Shown: positions 41,618-51,573 of the stretch, one piece after another
Position numbering within the stretch: the stretch's first letter is position 1
Layout: every line of letters begins with the position of its first letter
Source: a virus
Taxonomy: Duplodnaviria > Heunggongvirae > Uroviricota > Caudoviricetes
Length of the DNA stretch: 64,000 nucleotides
Virus record (IMG/VR): IMGVR_UViG_3300029590_000324
Direction: 5' to 3' (one strand)
The notes under the pieces: model-generated
The model's input: the letters and a program-made list of their open reading frames with translations, nothing else
Database searches by the model: none
Told to the model about the DNA's origin: nothing
Program-made: the position numbers and the translations under genes

Positions 41618-42742
41618 TTAACCTCTCTGTGTCAATATATTGGACTGTTGATGCTTCACGTTCCATTTGTCGATTGCTTCTTGCTGTTCTTTAGTAATAG
41701 GATCATTAAATCTCTGCTTTGCCTGAACAATATAACCGTCTCGGATCTCTAAAGTTACCAAGCTGTCATTTGGAGTAGCAGCATATCTCATAAACATGAC
41801 ATGGCAATCACCGGATATAACCCTACTAATATATGAAGCAACACAGTTGTTCTGCTGTACAGCTTCATCTTTAATATCTTGAATGCTCTTGGGATATATG
41901 AATACATACCCATCAATTTTGTCTTCAAGAGTAGTATCTATTCTTGCTACAAATTGATCTTCTTGAAACTGCTGTTTTAAACGATTATAGTTTCGACAAG
42001 CGATAGCGTGAGTAGTAAGAAAATGTCGAGGGTATTTATCAAATTTAGGACTGATTTTTGACATCATAGTTGCATAATCGAGCACTTCTCTTATGATATT
42101 TAAATTACACGCTTCGTAAGTTATCAGGTTGTCTATGTATCTAAGGAGAGCTTTAGGCTGATAATTATATCTGATAAAAGAATCAATATAAAAATCATTA
42201 TTTCGATAATCATGTTGAGCAAGTATATATTCTACGATAGTTCCAAACGAAAGAGACGTAAATTGCTCCGAAGCTGCAAAATTAAATATATCTGCGTGTT
42301 TTTTATAGGATTCATATGTGTTTTGCTGTAAACAGATGTTATTTTCTTTACATATCTTTTTTAATCCTTTAGGAATATCGGAAAAGGGTATTGCGTACAT
42401 ATTTTTACTTATATTTGTTATTCCTGCGCTGTAATATTGTTCAAGATTGGAATATAAAGGAATGCGATCTAAAATTGTTCCTATATTTGAAATATTGGAT
42501 CCGCCCTTTACTTCCCATTCCATAATAGACTGTAAAAATAAACCATAATTTTTATCGGAGCAGGCATCAATTAATTCTTTTATTGAAATATTACGAAGCT
42601 GTGTTTGAAGCGAATTGACTTTTCTTCCACTCCATCCGTATGTAGTCTTTGTTGCAAAATCATATTTGCAAATCTTATCGTCTTGATTAAAAATTAAGAA
42701 TGAATGATCCTTATAAACCGATAATGCCACTGTTATTTCCAC
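41618..42742 (-). CDS. PcfJ-like domain protein
   Basis: DYATM...KYPRHFLTTH...PKSIQDIKDEAVQQNNCVASY...VTLEIR...VQAK. Confidence 0.75.
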   Translation of the reverse strand: MEITVALSVYKDHSFLIFNQDDKICKYDFATKTTYGWSGRKVNSLQTQLRNISIKELIDACSDKNYGLFLQSIMEWEVKGGSNISNIGTILDRIPLYSNLEQYYSAGITNISKNMYAIPFSDIPKGLKKICKENNICLQQNTYESYKKHADIFNFAASEQFTSLSFGTIVEYILAQHDYRNNDFYIDSFIRYNYQPKALLRYIDNLITYEACNLNIIREVLDYATMMSKISPKFDKYPRHFLTTHAIACRNYNRLKQQFQEDQFVARIDTTLEDKIDGYVFIYPKSIQDIKDEAVQQNNCVASYISRVISGDCHVMFMRYAATPNDSLVTLEIRDGYIVQAKQRFNDPITKEQQEAIDKWNVKHQQSNILTQRG

Positions 42743-42748
42743 CTTTCT

Positions 42749-43024
42749 TTAATTTTCTTCTTTATACAGCTTCGGAGTTCCATCGGCGTTAACCATAACG
42801 GTTATTTCGACGCAATAAGTACAGTTACGTTCATAATACATTACCATTGTATCCTTGTCGTACCAAATAGTGCTATTAGAATCCTCATATAATTTTACCA
42901 TAGGATTTTCAATGGTGTTGTTTTGTGATCTACTGCGCTCTGTAAATATTCCCAGTGCTATTGCTCCTACTGCCAACATTCCCACCGCAAGCACACAGCC
43001 TGCCAATATGTAATTAATTTTCAT
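42749..43024 (-). CDS. Membrane-anchored/secreted small protein
   Basis: N-terminal TM; YDKDTMVMY...ITVMVNADGTPKLY. Confidence 0.65.
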   Translation of the reverse strand: MKINYILAGCVLAVGMLAVGAIALGIFTERSRSQNNTIENPMVKLYEDSNSTIWYDKDTMVMYYERNCTYCVEITVMVNADGTPKLYKEEN

Positions 43025-43325
43025 TTTTACCTCCATTTTCCTTGGGCTTACCATAAACGCTTCTTGTATTTTCAAGAAATACAGTTCCTTTTTCATATCT
43101 TTGTATTTCCATTTCGTTTTCTAATTTGTCAAAAAGTTGATAATTACTAACAAAGTAGTAAATACCCTCTTGTTCGCTTTGAAACTCTATAGGATATTCA
43201 TACCACCAAAATCTCTGATTAGTTACAAACCATGAGTCAGAGTCAGGGCAGAATGCTATTATCCAAGTGGAAAATTCTGTCCCAAACGTCATATCATTCT
43301 TTGAGTTAATTGTTATCATTATCAT
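43014..43325 (-). CDS. Hypothetical protein
   Basis: Trp/Phe-rich ORF coupled to its neighbours; start uncertain. Confidence 0.55.
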   Translation of the reverse strand: MIMITINSKNDMTFGTEFSTWIIAFCPDSDSWFVTNQRFWWYEYPIEFQSEQEGIYYFVSNYQLFDKLENEMEIQRYEKGTVFLENTRSVYGKPKENGGKNEN

Positions 43326-43327
43326 TA

Positions 43328-43606
43328 TTATTTTCCTATCAATATCCATAAAGGAATTTTCTTCTTGGGCTTTATTTCTATAAAGTCCACGGTGTCTAAA
43401 GTTCGAATCAGTTCAGGCTTATTGCGCCTTATCTCGCTGACCGATGGATAAATGCCTAATTCTACAAGGATTTTAGGCAAATATCTTTCATCGGTATAAT
43501 ATGTTTTCTCAGACTCGCTACCGATCCAATCGTCGCTGTTTGCGGCAAATATTTCAGCAGGATCTACAATAGGCGTCCCGATGACAATATTTTCAACGTG
43601 TCTCAT
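43328..43606 (-). CDS. Hypothetical protein, S4-like segment
   Basis: LPKILVELGIYPSVSEIRRN resembles an S4-type RNA-binding motif; GAGGAGG RBS. Confidence 0.5.
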   Translation of the reverse strand: MRHVENIVIGTPIVDPAEIFAANSDDWIGSESEKTYYTDERYLPKILVELGIYPSVSEIRRNKPELIRTLDTVDFIEIKPKKKIPLWILIGK

Positions 43607-43703
43607 TATTATCCTCCTCGTCACTTGATGCAATTACACATGCTATAGCAGCAAGCGCACAGCTGCCTGCGAACATCCCAATTACAAAACCTATCCAGAA
43701 CAT
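43593..43703 (-). CDS. 36-aa single-TM peptide
   Basis: GGAGGTG RBS; MFWIGFVIGMFAGSCALAAIACVIASSDEEDNNETR. Confidence 0.6.
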   Translation of the reverse strand: MFWIGFVIGMFAGSCALAAIACVIASSDEEDNNETR

Positions 43704-43737
43704 TTAATCACCTCCGTTGGCGTACTGATACGGCTTA

Positions 43738-43977
43738 TCAATATTCATCCCACGCTTCGCACCAGCATAAGTATTCGTATGCGAGATAAAATTTGAAACA
43801 ATTCATATTCTTACATTCGCCATAATCGTGGTCTTCGCCGCACCATCTCTCGCAGTTTCGGCACATATCGTGTAATGCCTTACAGCTGGTCTCATCGTCA
43901 AGATAAGGCTTGATGTGCTGATAGGCTTCTTGTATATGACCTTCGGTTTTAGTATATTGCCTTTGACAGTTGCCCAT
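43738..43977 (-). CDS. Small Cys-rich protein
   Basis: 79 aa, CRNC and CKNMNC; AGGAG RBS. Confidence 0.6.
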   Translation of the reverse strand: MGNCQRQYTKTEGHIQEAYQHIKPYLDDETSCKALHDMCRNCERWCGEDHDYGECKNMNCFKFYLAYEYLCWCEAWDEY

Positions 43978-44019
43978 ATTTAATCATCTCCTACTATAGT
44001 AGTGTATTATTTGTTTCTT

Positions 44020-44799
44020 TTACATTTTCACGATCCTATACAGATTATCGTCAAGATATCTTCTCAGTAGTGTATCTTCATCGAAACCTGTTCCGTGGTA
44101 GAATTCCTCGGCAATGCCTCCGCCGATCGCACATAGTGTATCGGTATCGCAAGGCAGTGACAGAACATTTCTGATGAAATTCTCATAACTCTCGCTTTCG
44201 AGAAAGCATCGGATTGCTACCGGCACACTGCCCTGACAAGTCACATCCCATTCGTATATGTTCCTGTAGTTATTAAGACTCAAATCTACCCCGTATTTGT
44301 ATATGTAAGATGGATAATGCTTAAGTGTATAATCGTATATTGCCGATTTAGATGCTCCGCTTTTTGCCATATTGACACACATAGCCGTTACGATCGCACC
44401 CTTTATGCCCTCTGGATGATTATGTGTGCAGACTGCTGAGAGCCTTGCAAATTCTTTTATATCGTTTTCGTTTTTATAATGTTCCCCAATGTAAGAGCAT
44501 CTCATTGCTGAACCATTTCCGAAGCTACCGTATGGACCCCCGTCATCGTGTCTTAGCCATCTGCCAAACATACCACCATATCCGGCGTAAGGGTATCTTT
44601 TACCCAATTCTCTGTAGCATTTTGCAAATGACTCTTCGTTAAGCACTGCCTTTTTTGCTGCCAGTGTCATAACGGTATCATCTGTGAAATAACATCTGTT
44701 TGTAAAAAGCTCACAATGCTCCCAGTCAAGATCTTGGGGTCTGTCGAACTCGTACTGAGAACCTGCAATATCTCCTAAAATTGCTCCGATTATAGCCAT
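44020..44799 (-). CDS. ADP-ribosylglycohydrolase (DraG/ARH family)
   Basis: GAILGDIAG, FTDDT, SFGNGSAMR, THNHP, DTDT. Confidence 0.92.
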   Translation of the reverse strand: MAIIGAILGDIAGSQYEFDRPQDLDWEHCELFTNRCYFTDDTVMTLAAKKAVLNEESFAKCYRELGKRYPYAGYGGMFGRWLRHDDGGPYGSFGNGSAMRCSYIGEHYKNENDIKEFARLSAVCTHNHPEGIKGAIVTAMCVNMAKSGASKSAIYDYTLKHYPSYIYKYGVDLSLNNYRNIYEWDVTCQGSVPVAIRCFLESESYENFIRNVLSLPCDTDTLCAIGGGIAEEFYHGTGFDEDTLLRRYLDDNLYRIVKM

Positions 44800-44841
44800 A
44801 AAATCATTCCTTTCTTATTACTGTAGTGTTGCTATGGGACT

Positions 44842-45132
44842 TTACAATTCTGCCTGAAGCTTCTCGATAATTTTGTCTATCTCATCGTCAAGTCTCCATC
44901 TGAAATGACACCAACCATTGCTGCCATTGTCTGAATACATAGGGCATTTGCCGTCTCCGCCATCTGGGAAATGAGCACAATAGTAACAGTCGAGGTCATG
45001 CTCATTGAGATCAGCCGCCATATGATTTATAGTGGCCTGTGCTCGCTGCAAAAGGCTTATGAGATTGTCGATCTCATTATTTGTCATACAGCCACTCCTT
45101 TCCGTTAATAACTCTTGTATTTTCGTGCGCAT
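44842..45132 (-). CDS. Small Cys-rich hypothetical protein
   Basis: CYYC..CP..WC; start uncertain (45132 or 45087). Confidence 0.5.
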   Translation of the reverse strand: MRTKIQELLTERSGCMTNNEIDNLISLLQRAQATINHMAADLNEHDLDCYYCAHFPDGGDGKCPMYSDNGSNGWCHFRWRLDDEIDKIIEKLQAEL

Positions 45133-45142
45133 AAATCTTACC

Positions 45143-45877
45143 TCATTCATCCGCCGGTTCATACGGAAACTTTTCAATATCGCCGTAAAGCATTGAATAT
45201 TTTCCATTATCCCAGTCGTCGTGATAATGTCCAAAATACCAGTGCTTGAAGTCAAGCCTGTCGGCAATCTTCTGAAACCAGACTTCCATAGAGCTGTCCA
45301 CGAGGGACTGGTCGATACCTCTCAGGAAAAGGTGTGTGGGTCTCGTATTATAAGGACAGGTATGAGACAGCACGTAGTCAACGCTCCATCCGGCTTTGTC
45401 AAGTATTTGCTCTATCTCAGTCTTACGCTTATCTGTGATCTGCTCTGACTCGAACCAGTTCCAGCCTTTCATCAGCCTGTAATACTTGTCCACCGAATAT
45501 GCACCGCCGAGAATCAGCGTCTTAGTGCCGTTAAGCTTGTAAATACTGCCATCCTTGGCAAAGATCAGATTTGGGTATTCGGGTTCGTAGTAAGCCGTAT
45601 CCTCACAAAACTCCGTCTCGGTATATGTAGAGATGTTCTCGGGTCTCTCCTCGTGGTTGCCATGAACGCATAGCAGTGTGATAGGGGACTGGGCGAGCAT
45701 TTCTTTTAGCCTCTGATCACGTCCATTTCGGTAATAGTTAACGCCCGCATCTCCAAGAACTATCATCAGGTCGTTACGGGTGGTGCCTTGCTGGTCACAG
45801 AATCGCATAAGCCCCGAGAAATCCCCGTGCTTATCACCCGTGATATAAATGTTGTCAAATGTGGTTACTTGAGCCAT
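45143..45877 (-). CDS. Calcineurin-like metallophosphoesterase
   Basis: GDKHG, LGDAG, HGNHE, GGAYSVD, LSHT, FGHYH. Confidence 0.9.
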   Translation of the reverse strand: MAQVTTFDNIYITGDKHGDFSGLMRFCDQQGTTRNDLMIVLGDAGVNYYRNGRDQRLKEMLAQSPITLLCVHGNHEERPENISTYTETEFCEDTAYYEPEYPNLIFAKDGSIYKLNGTKTLILGGAYSVDKYYRLMKGWNWFESEQITDKRKTEIEQILDKAGWSVDYVLSHTCPYNTRPTHLFLRGIDQSLVDSSMEVWFQKIADRLDFKHWYFGHYHDDWDNGKYSMLYGDIEKFPYEPADE

Positions 45878-47205
45878 TTCTGAGCCTCCTTTAAAAGCGT
45901 TTCCCTATCGTTTGGAAGAGCGTCATCTGTTACGGAGTTTAACAACCCTGTGAGCACTTCTCCTAATTCCTTGCCCGGGACAAAACCCAAGGCAATAAGA
46001 TCATCTCCGTTGATTGAAAGGTCTTTCATAGAAAAGCATTGCTGTTCTTCAAGGACTTGATTTAAAACATCTGCAAGATCATCAATTTTCCTCATTTTCT
46101 CCCTATCATAAGGAATTTTCTGCCCCCTAATATCAGCCCTGCGAAGATCGATGAGACGCTTTAATTGAATTTCTCCCACTTTGTTTAGCCAACGCTTAAC
46201 AGCTGATGGCTTTGCTATAAACGAAGAATCGTGATATAAAATCAACTGAACAACAGCATTTCGGGTGTTGCTGTCATATTTCAAGCGCCTCATGATTTTA
46301 TCTGTCATATCCGCCCCGACAATATTGTGTCCCACAAAATGTCTGATACCGTCAGGTTCGTCTTGGTATGAATGAGGTTTCCCGATATCGTGGAATAATG
46401 CCGCCAATCGAAGGATAAGATCGTTCTGACAGGATACTGCTGTATAAAGTGTGTGAATAAGTACATCGTACATATGATGAGGATTATTCTGAGGAAACTT
46501 AAGCATATCCTTAAGCTCTGGAATAAATTGTGTGAATACGTGAAAATATAGGACTAACATTGTGACAAATCGATTGGATATAACGATTTTATTGAATTCG
46601 CTGGTAATTCTTTCAGTGGATATATTTGCTAAAGAATCCCTCTGTCTGTTTAGTTCAGAAGACGTGTTGTCTTCAATAACAAAACGCAGCTGTGCGGCAA
46701 ATCGAATGGCTCTAAGTATTCTGAGAGCATCTTCGTTAAACCTATCTGCCGCATTCCCAACGCATCTGATTATGCCACGCTTTATATCACCCATTCCATC
46801 AAACGGATCGATAAGACCTTCTTCGTCATTATATGCCATTGCATTGATTGTAAAATCCCGACGTCTTAGGTCTTCAGTAAGGTCGTCAATAAACGTCACG
46901 CTGTCAGGTCTGCGATTGTCAGAATACACCCCGTCGATACGAAACGAAGTGCATTCATACTGCTCGCCATCAATAACTACTGTTACCGTGCCATGCTGCA
47001 ACCCCGTCTCGATAACACGGTAATCTTTAAACACTTCAAGCGTTTGCTCCGGTCTCGCAGAAGTGCATATATCCCAGTCGTGAGGAACTCTGTTCATTAG
47101 ACTATCTCTGACGCAGCCACCAACGATATATGCCTTGTAACCTGCATCTTGAAGTGCATGAATGATTACATTTGCATTGGGTGGCATATCAATTTTATAC
47201 TTCAT
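45865..47205 (-). CDS. tRNA nucleotidyltransferase (CCA-adding/poly(A) polymerase class II) with HD domain
   Basis: VGGCVRD, DWDI, DLRRRDFTINAMA, EDALRILRAIRF, FHDIGK. Confidence 0.93.
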   Translation of the reverse strand: MKYKIDMPPNANVIIHALQDAGYKAYIVGGCVRDSLMNRVPHDWDICTSARPEQTLEVFKDYRVIETGLQHGTVTVVIDGEQYECTSFRIDGVYSDNRRPDSVTFIDDLTEDLRRRDFTINAMAYNDEEGLIDPFDGMGDIKRGIIRCVGNAADRFNEDALRILRAIRFAAQLRFVIEDNTSSELNRQRDSLANISTERITSEFNKIVISNRFVTMLVLYFHVFTQFIPELKDMLKFPQNNPHHMYDVLIHTLYTAVSCQNDLILRLAALFHDIGKPHSYQDEPDGIRHFVGHNIVGADMTDKIMRRLKYDSNTRNAVVQLILYHDSSFIAKPSAVKRWLNKVGEIQLKRLIDLRRADIRGQKIPYDREKMRKIDDLADVLNQVLEEQQCFSMKDLSINGDDLIALGFVPGKELGEVLTGLLNSVTDDALPNDRETLLKEAQKWLK

Positions 47206-48220
47206 TTTTTATCACTCTTTCATTGATGCTCTGAACGAAATCATTTATTGCCTTGTAGTTTGGCTTAGGTGGGAGTTCGGTGTGCTCTTTCGCATACTGA
47301 TATTTCTTTTCATATTCGTCTATCATCTCATAGAACTCGGGAGTGGGCTGCTGATTTTCATCAAGGTACTTGCCGTTGCGGATGTCTATCAGCAGGTCAT
47401 GATCTTTTTCACGGTATGTTATTACGCCTCGTCCCTCAAGAATGTCAATACACATGAGATACAGACGAATCAAGTGCATCATATGCTTGCCAAGCCTTCC
47501 GTTTTCGATAGCCTTGTTGTTGCGGTATCCGATGTTATTGTAAGACTTAATAATGCTCTTCATTTCATCCCACATTCCGGCGTAGTCTCTGATAGGGTAG
47601 TGGGTCAGGTTAGTATCCATGAAAATTTCGGTTTCCATATCGGGACTTACAGCCTTGTCAATATATAGCCGAAGCTGACCAGCAGGAATACCATATTTTT
47701 CTTCAAAGTTTTCGGCAACGTGAGACAGTGTGTTATAGATATACTGTTCCAGCTGTTCCTGACCAACAAGGCGGTTGGCTTTATTTTCAAGGCGGCGAAG
47801 CTGAGCGGTTGCATACCCACCGAAGCTGTATGCAGCCTTCTGGGAAAGAAACAGATTAACGTTGTCAAGAAGCTCCTTCCCGATAGGGGAGACATAGAAA
47901 TAATGTTCTGGCTTGTTTCCCAGCATCTCGATGGTGTTGGGGTTACAATTAGCGAGCAGTGAGACCAACTTGTTGAACGAATATATCGTGGTGTCGGTCT
48001 CTTCATTTACAAACTGCTCGAAGTTTTCGCTGGTAAGCAGCTCTCTTGGAGTATTCAGGGCACAGCCACGAATATCCAAGTCACTGGTGGGAGTATCCGT
48101 TCCGTAAGCGTGGGAACCGCCGACTGTCAACAAGATGACATTAGAGCCAAGATGTGGATTATCCGACAGGAAGCTGTATTCAGAGCTGCGGAGCGCAGAC
48201 TTGATTTCATTTATTGTCAT
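47195..48220 (-). CDS. Pol-beta superfamily nucleotidyltransferase (RlaP/YcgL-like)
   Basis: GGSHAYGTDTPTSDLDIRG, CNPNTIEML, SFGGYA, KHMMHLIRL. Confidence 0.85.
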   Translation of the reverse strand: MTINEIKSALRSSEYSFLSDNPHLGSNVILLTVGGSHAYGTDTPTSDLDIRGCALNTPRELLTSENFEQFVNEETDTTIYSFNKLVSLLANCNPNTIEMLGNKPEHYFYVSPIGKELLDNVNLFLSQKAAYSFGGYATAQLRRLENKANRLVGQEQLEQYIYNTLSHVAENFEEKYGIPAGQLRLYIDKAVSPDMETEIFMDTNLTHYPIRDYAGMWDEMKSIIKSYNNIGYRNNKAIENGRLGKHMMHLIRLYLMCIDILEGRGVITYREKDHDLLIDIRNGKYLDENQQPTPEFYEMIDEYEKKYQYAKEHTELPPKPNYKAINDFVQSINERVIKNEV

Positions 48221-48489
48221 AGTATCATTCCTCCATATAAATTTCTCGGTTGAGAATTCTGCAAAGCTTCTTTTGCTTTATCTTCGGTAAAATAAGTAAG
48301 AATATGTTCAAAGCAATACCAACGAGTCCAGTTAAAACATTTATAATCATTGTCATAATAGACAAACCATTCGTCTTTATCCTCATCTTCAAGCCACACC
48401 AGTTCGTGAAGATACATTAGCTTATTCTGAATACGCAGAAACCTATGGTTATCGCTTAACCATTTTATTACATCTATTTTATTTATCAT
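48217..48489 (-). CDS. Partial paralog of 48555-49058
   Basis: LRIQNKLMYLHEL / YYDNDYKCF match LRVQNKLMQLHEL / YYDNTYKCF. Confidence 0.6.
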   Translation of the reverse strand: MINKIDVIKWLSDNHRFLRIQNKLMYLHELVWLEDEDKDEWFVYYDNDYKCFNWTRWYCFEHILTYFTEDKAKEALQNSQPRNLYGGMIL

Positions 48490-48554
48490 TGTTTACTGCC
48501 CCATTTCAATTGTTGCCTTTTATTGCGACCACCTTTTCCAATTCGCCCATGTCA

Positions 48555-49058
48555 TTATCCTTTCATCATAAGTATTTCTTTGTTGAGAATTTCACAAGCC
48601 TTTTCTGCTGCTTCTCTGGTAAAACAAACGGCAAACCAATTACAAGAACACTGAAGAGTATAACTAAAACACTTATATGTATTATCATAATATATAGCCC
48701 ATGTTGTTTTACCTGTATCCCAATCAGGAAAACAATCGGGACACAACAACTCGTGAAGCTGCATCAGCTTATTCTGAACACGGAGAATATTGTCTCGATA
48801 CCATTCAAGATGTTTATCTGTATCTTTCATTACTCTAAATACACTATTCATATTAAGTATACCAGTATCGTAAGCCGTTTCGTCATTTGTTTCTGTAGAA
48901 ACACTGCCATCAGTAGCGAGATATAGATATTCTTCGCCTATTTTTGGTGTCCATATTGTCTCTTGCGTTTCAGCAAGTTCAGCCTTGAGCTTTTCAAGCT
49001 CTGCCGACATTGCCTTGTAATTGGTTTCAAGTTCTGCAATTTTTTCTTCTGTCGTCAT
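48555..49058 (-). CDS. Hypothetical phage protein (family shared with 58606-59103)
   Basis: N-terminal coiled coil, YLYLATDG, FTREAAEKA. Confidence 0.7.
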   Translation of the reverse strand: MTTEEKIAELETNYKAMSAELEKLKAELAETQETIWTPKIGEEYLYLATDGSVSTETNDETAYDTGILNMNSVFRVMKDTDKHLEWYRDNILRVQNKLMQLHELLCPDCFPDWDTGKTTWAIYYDNTYKCFSYTLQCSCNWFAVCFTREAAEKACEILNKEILMMKG

Positions 49059-49060
49059 TA

Positions 49061-49366
49061 TTATTTACCTCCATTTAACAGTTCTTTCAGAACATCATAT
49101 TCTTCCTGCGTGAGACTATCAACTCTGTACTCGTACTTAGGACAGCATAGTCTAAGCTTACCACCATTGATATTAGGGCTTACAGCCTCAACATAGAAGT
49201 ATCTTTCACCATCGGCTGCTGCTTTCGCTGCCCATTCAGACAGGTCTGGTCGCATATAAAGTTGAACTCTTCCGTCACTGTTATACGCAGGCAGTCTATT
49301 TATGCAGATTTTATGTATTTTATTTTTAATTTGTGACCTGATATCAGTTTCAATCATCTCGATCAC
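49061..49366 (-). CDS. Hypothetical protein
   Basis: 101-aa ORF in an operon. Confidence 0.55.
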   Translation of the reverse strand: MIEMIETDIRSQIKNKIHKICINRLPAYNSDGRVQLYMRPDLSEWAAKAAADGERYFYVEAVSPNINGGKLRLCCPKYEYRVDSLTQEEYDVLKELLNGGK

Positions 49367-49529
49367 CCCACGGACATCTTTTATTTATTTCATCGTTAGT
49401 CATAGTAGAATCAAGCTCTACACCGTTGAACTTCATTTTAACGGCCTCAGATGTTTGCTCGGCTATTTTACGGATAGTTTTAATAGCTGTCTCGAGAAAC
49501 ATACCTTTTGGCACTTCGTAATAAATCAT
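49350..49529 (-). CDS. Small hypothetical protein
   Basis: MIYYEVPKG...VKMKFNGVEL; start uncertain. Confidence 0.5.
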   Translation of the reverse strand: MIYYEVPKGMFLETAIKTIRKIAEQTSEAVKMKFNGVELDSTMTNDEINKRCPWGDRDD

Positions 49530-49688
49530 TGTTATCATCACTTTCTTTTAATAATTCTATTAAAAAGATATATTCTTCTTCTGTCAAATTATCAACCGTA
49601 TATTCGTATTTAGGCTCACATAATCTTTATTCTTCCCCAGCTATAGCAATCTTGAGCATATCTATTGCTTCTTGTGGAGTCATTGCCA

Positions 49689-50081
49689 TCACCCCTTTTT
49701 CTGCTTGTTGGCTTCATACAGCTTCAACATATCATCCGTGTCGATATCTTTCAGGTAGTAATTCCATACGTCTTCATCTGTATATTCAAAACCGATAGCT
49801 TCGGCAAGAGATTTAAGCAGATAGAAATATGCAGTTTCAACCTTGTTGTAAATATTACATTCATTTTCAGCAGCCGAACCAGACCAGCCATGATACCCCA
49901 TATCGCCCATTGACCAGCCGAGGTCATAAAGATAGTGGCCGTCTTCATTGCCAAGAACTTGGTGGGTGCCGTTTTTGAAATATGTATTGCCGGTTTCTTT
50001 GGGGCTCAGATCCCACCACATTATCTGCTTGAACATTTGGCGGTATATGTCATAAGCGCCGAGCATATTTGTTTTATTCAT
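49689..50081 (-). CDS. Hypothetical protein
   Basis: 130 aa with GGAGG RBS. Confidence 0.65.
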   Translation of the reverse strand: MNKTNMLGAYDIYRQMFKQIMWWDLSPKETGNTYFKNGTHQVLGNEDGHYLYDLGWSMGDMGYHGWSGSAAENECNIYNKVETAYFYLLKSLAEAIGFEYTDEDVWNYYLKDIDTDDMLKLYEANKQKKG

Positions 50082-50515
50082 TATTTTTCCTCCAATATAC
50101 TACTTATTTCAATATTGAGCGTTTCCCACTTCTTTGTGGTCAGACTCTTCAGATAAGACATCTGTTCAGACATTATTACCTTGTCTCTGTGGGCTTCAAT
50201 ATATGTTTTCAGGGTATCAATTATATATTCTTTCACGATCGTCTCCAATCCTATGTGCTGTAATACTTGATATATTTCATCCAAGGTTAAGCAATTATAA
50301 AAGCTTGTTCGCAGTTTTACTTTTGATCTTAACGTACACCCATTTGAGAATGTAAAATTATATATATCTTTATTAAGACAGTTAATCCATGTAAGGTCAC
50401 GGGAAATGTCTTTGTTGATCTTAAAAATATGTCTATTATAAATAAAAGAAATTTTCACCATAGGACACTTGAAATAAGGATAAATATAGAACTTATATTT
50501 GGCTTTTATGTTCAT
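50081..50515 (-). CDS. Hypothetical protein
   Basis: 144 aa, AT-rich, AGGAG RBS. Confidence 0.55.
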   Translation of the reverse strand: MNIKAKYKFYIYPYFKCPMVKISFIYNRHIFKINKDISRDLTWINCLNKDIYNFTFSNGCTLRSKVKLRTSFYNCLTLDEIYQVLQHIGLETIVKEYIIDTLKTYIEAHRDKVIMSEQMSYLKSLTTKKWETLNIEISSILEEK

Positions 50516-50521
50516 TATTTA

Positions 50522-50725
50522 TTATCTCCTTTGAAAAAATCCGTTGTCGCCAACCATTGCTTTGAGTTCTGAAATCTCTTTACGTAGTTGCTGGATCTCT
50601 TTTAATACTCTATTTTTGGCGTAATGATCTGGGCTAAATATCCATAAATGGTCTTCTGCGCAGTAGACTATAACTATCCAAGCTGTAACAAAAATGCCTA
50701 CAAGTATAATCACAAGTGCAATCAT
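50522..50725 (-). CDS. Small membrane protein
   Basis: N-terminal TM followed by a coiled coil. Confidence 0.55.
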   Translation of the reverse strand: MIALVIILVGIFVTAWIVIVYCAEDHLWIFSPDHYAKNRVLKEIQQLRKEISELKAMVGDNGFFQRR

Positions 50726-50739
50726 TATTAACCTCTCTT

Positions 50740-51573
50740 TTATTCAAACATTATTCTACTATTTACATAGCTTGTATCCCGTGAGAAAACAGGTATTTCT
50801 TTATCAATGACCCAACGAGAACGCAGTGCCACACCATCTTCCGTTTCGATTTCATGCTGCTCTTTGATGCAGCAAGAACCACGCTTTAAATGAGTGGGAA
50901 TATTATTCCAGTTGATGCCTTTTTCCTGAAACAGCATTTCCTGAAGCTCTGAACAGTTCTTATTTTGCAGCTGTTTGTGTGAGAAATTTGCCTGAGCTAC
51001 AGACTGAATAGAATTACGGGTCGCATCTTGCTGTCTCCAAAGCAGGCAGTTATTGACTTCTTCTTTTGGAATATTGAATACTCGGCTATCGAAGAGTGCT
51101 CCGTGAAAATCTGCATCGTCATAAGCGTTTCTTATCTTGAACCATTTTTCAAGCATATCTTCGTTTGAATACGCACAGCTATGAGTATTCATAATCCATC
51201 GGTCTTTATTTTCACAAAATTTTCTGTTAAATTCCAATGTTGCCATACTTGCTGAAATACTGCACATCTTCTGAATGTTATTATCAAACCAAGCCTGAGA
51301 TGTAAGCTTCTTATAATCACAAAGTACAAGAGTTATTTCATCAGACTGGGTGTAGCCGAGAACACAGCCTTCGATATTTTCACAAAGATATTTCATTGTG
51401 TCCTGTATAGTCTCAACGAGAATATCATCAAACGGCTTAACAAAGCCCCTTGTAAATGTGTGAAATGCTTTGCCGTCAATCCTGATGATAACAGGCGTTC
51501 TGCGAGTAAGATGTGTACGGGTTACATTTTCATATGTTTTCATTCTGTCACCAAGACTATCATTTTTATTCAT
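50740..51573 (-). CDS. tRNA(His) guanylyltransferase Thg1-like protein
   Basis: RIDGKAFHTFT, YTQSDEI, FDSR, WRQQDATRNS, KRG. Confidence 0.93.
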   Translation of the reverse strand: MNKNDSLGDRMKTYENVTRTHLTRRTPVIIRIDGKAFHTFTRGFVKPFDDILVETIQDTMKYLCENIEGCVLGYTQSDEITLVLCDYKKLTSQAWFDNNIQKMCSISASMATLEFNRKFCENKDRWIMNTHSCAYSNEDMLEKWFKIRNAYDDADFHGALFDSRVFNIPKEEVNNCLLWRQQDATRNSIQSVAQANFSHKQLQNKNCSELQEMLFQEKGINWNNIPTHLKRGSCCIKEQHEIETEDGVALRSRWVIDKEIPVFSRDTSYVNSRIMFE

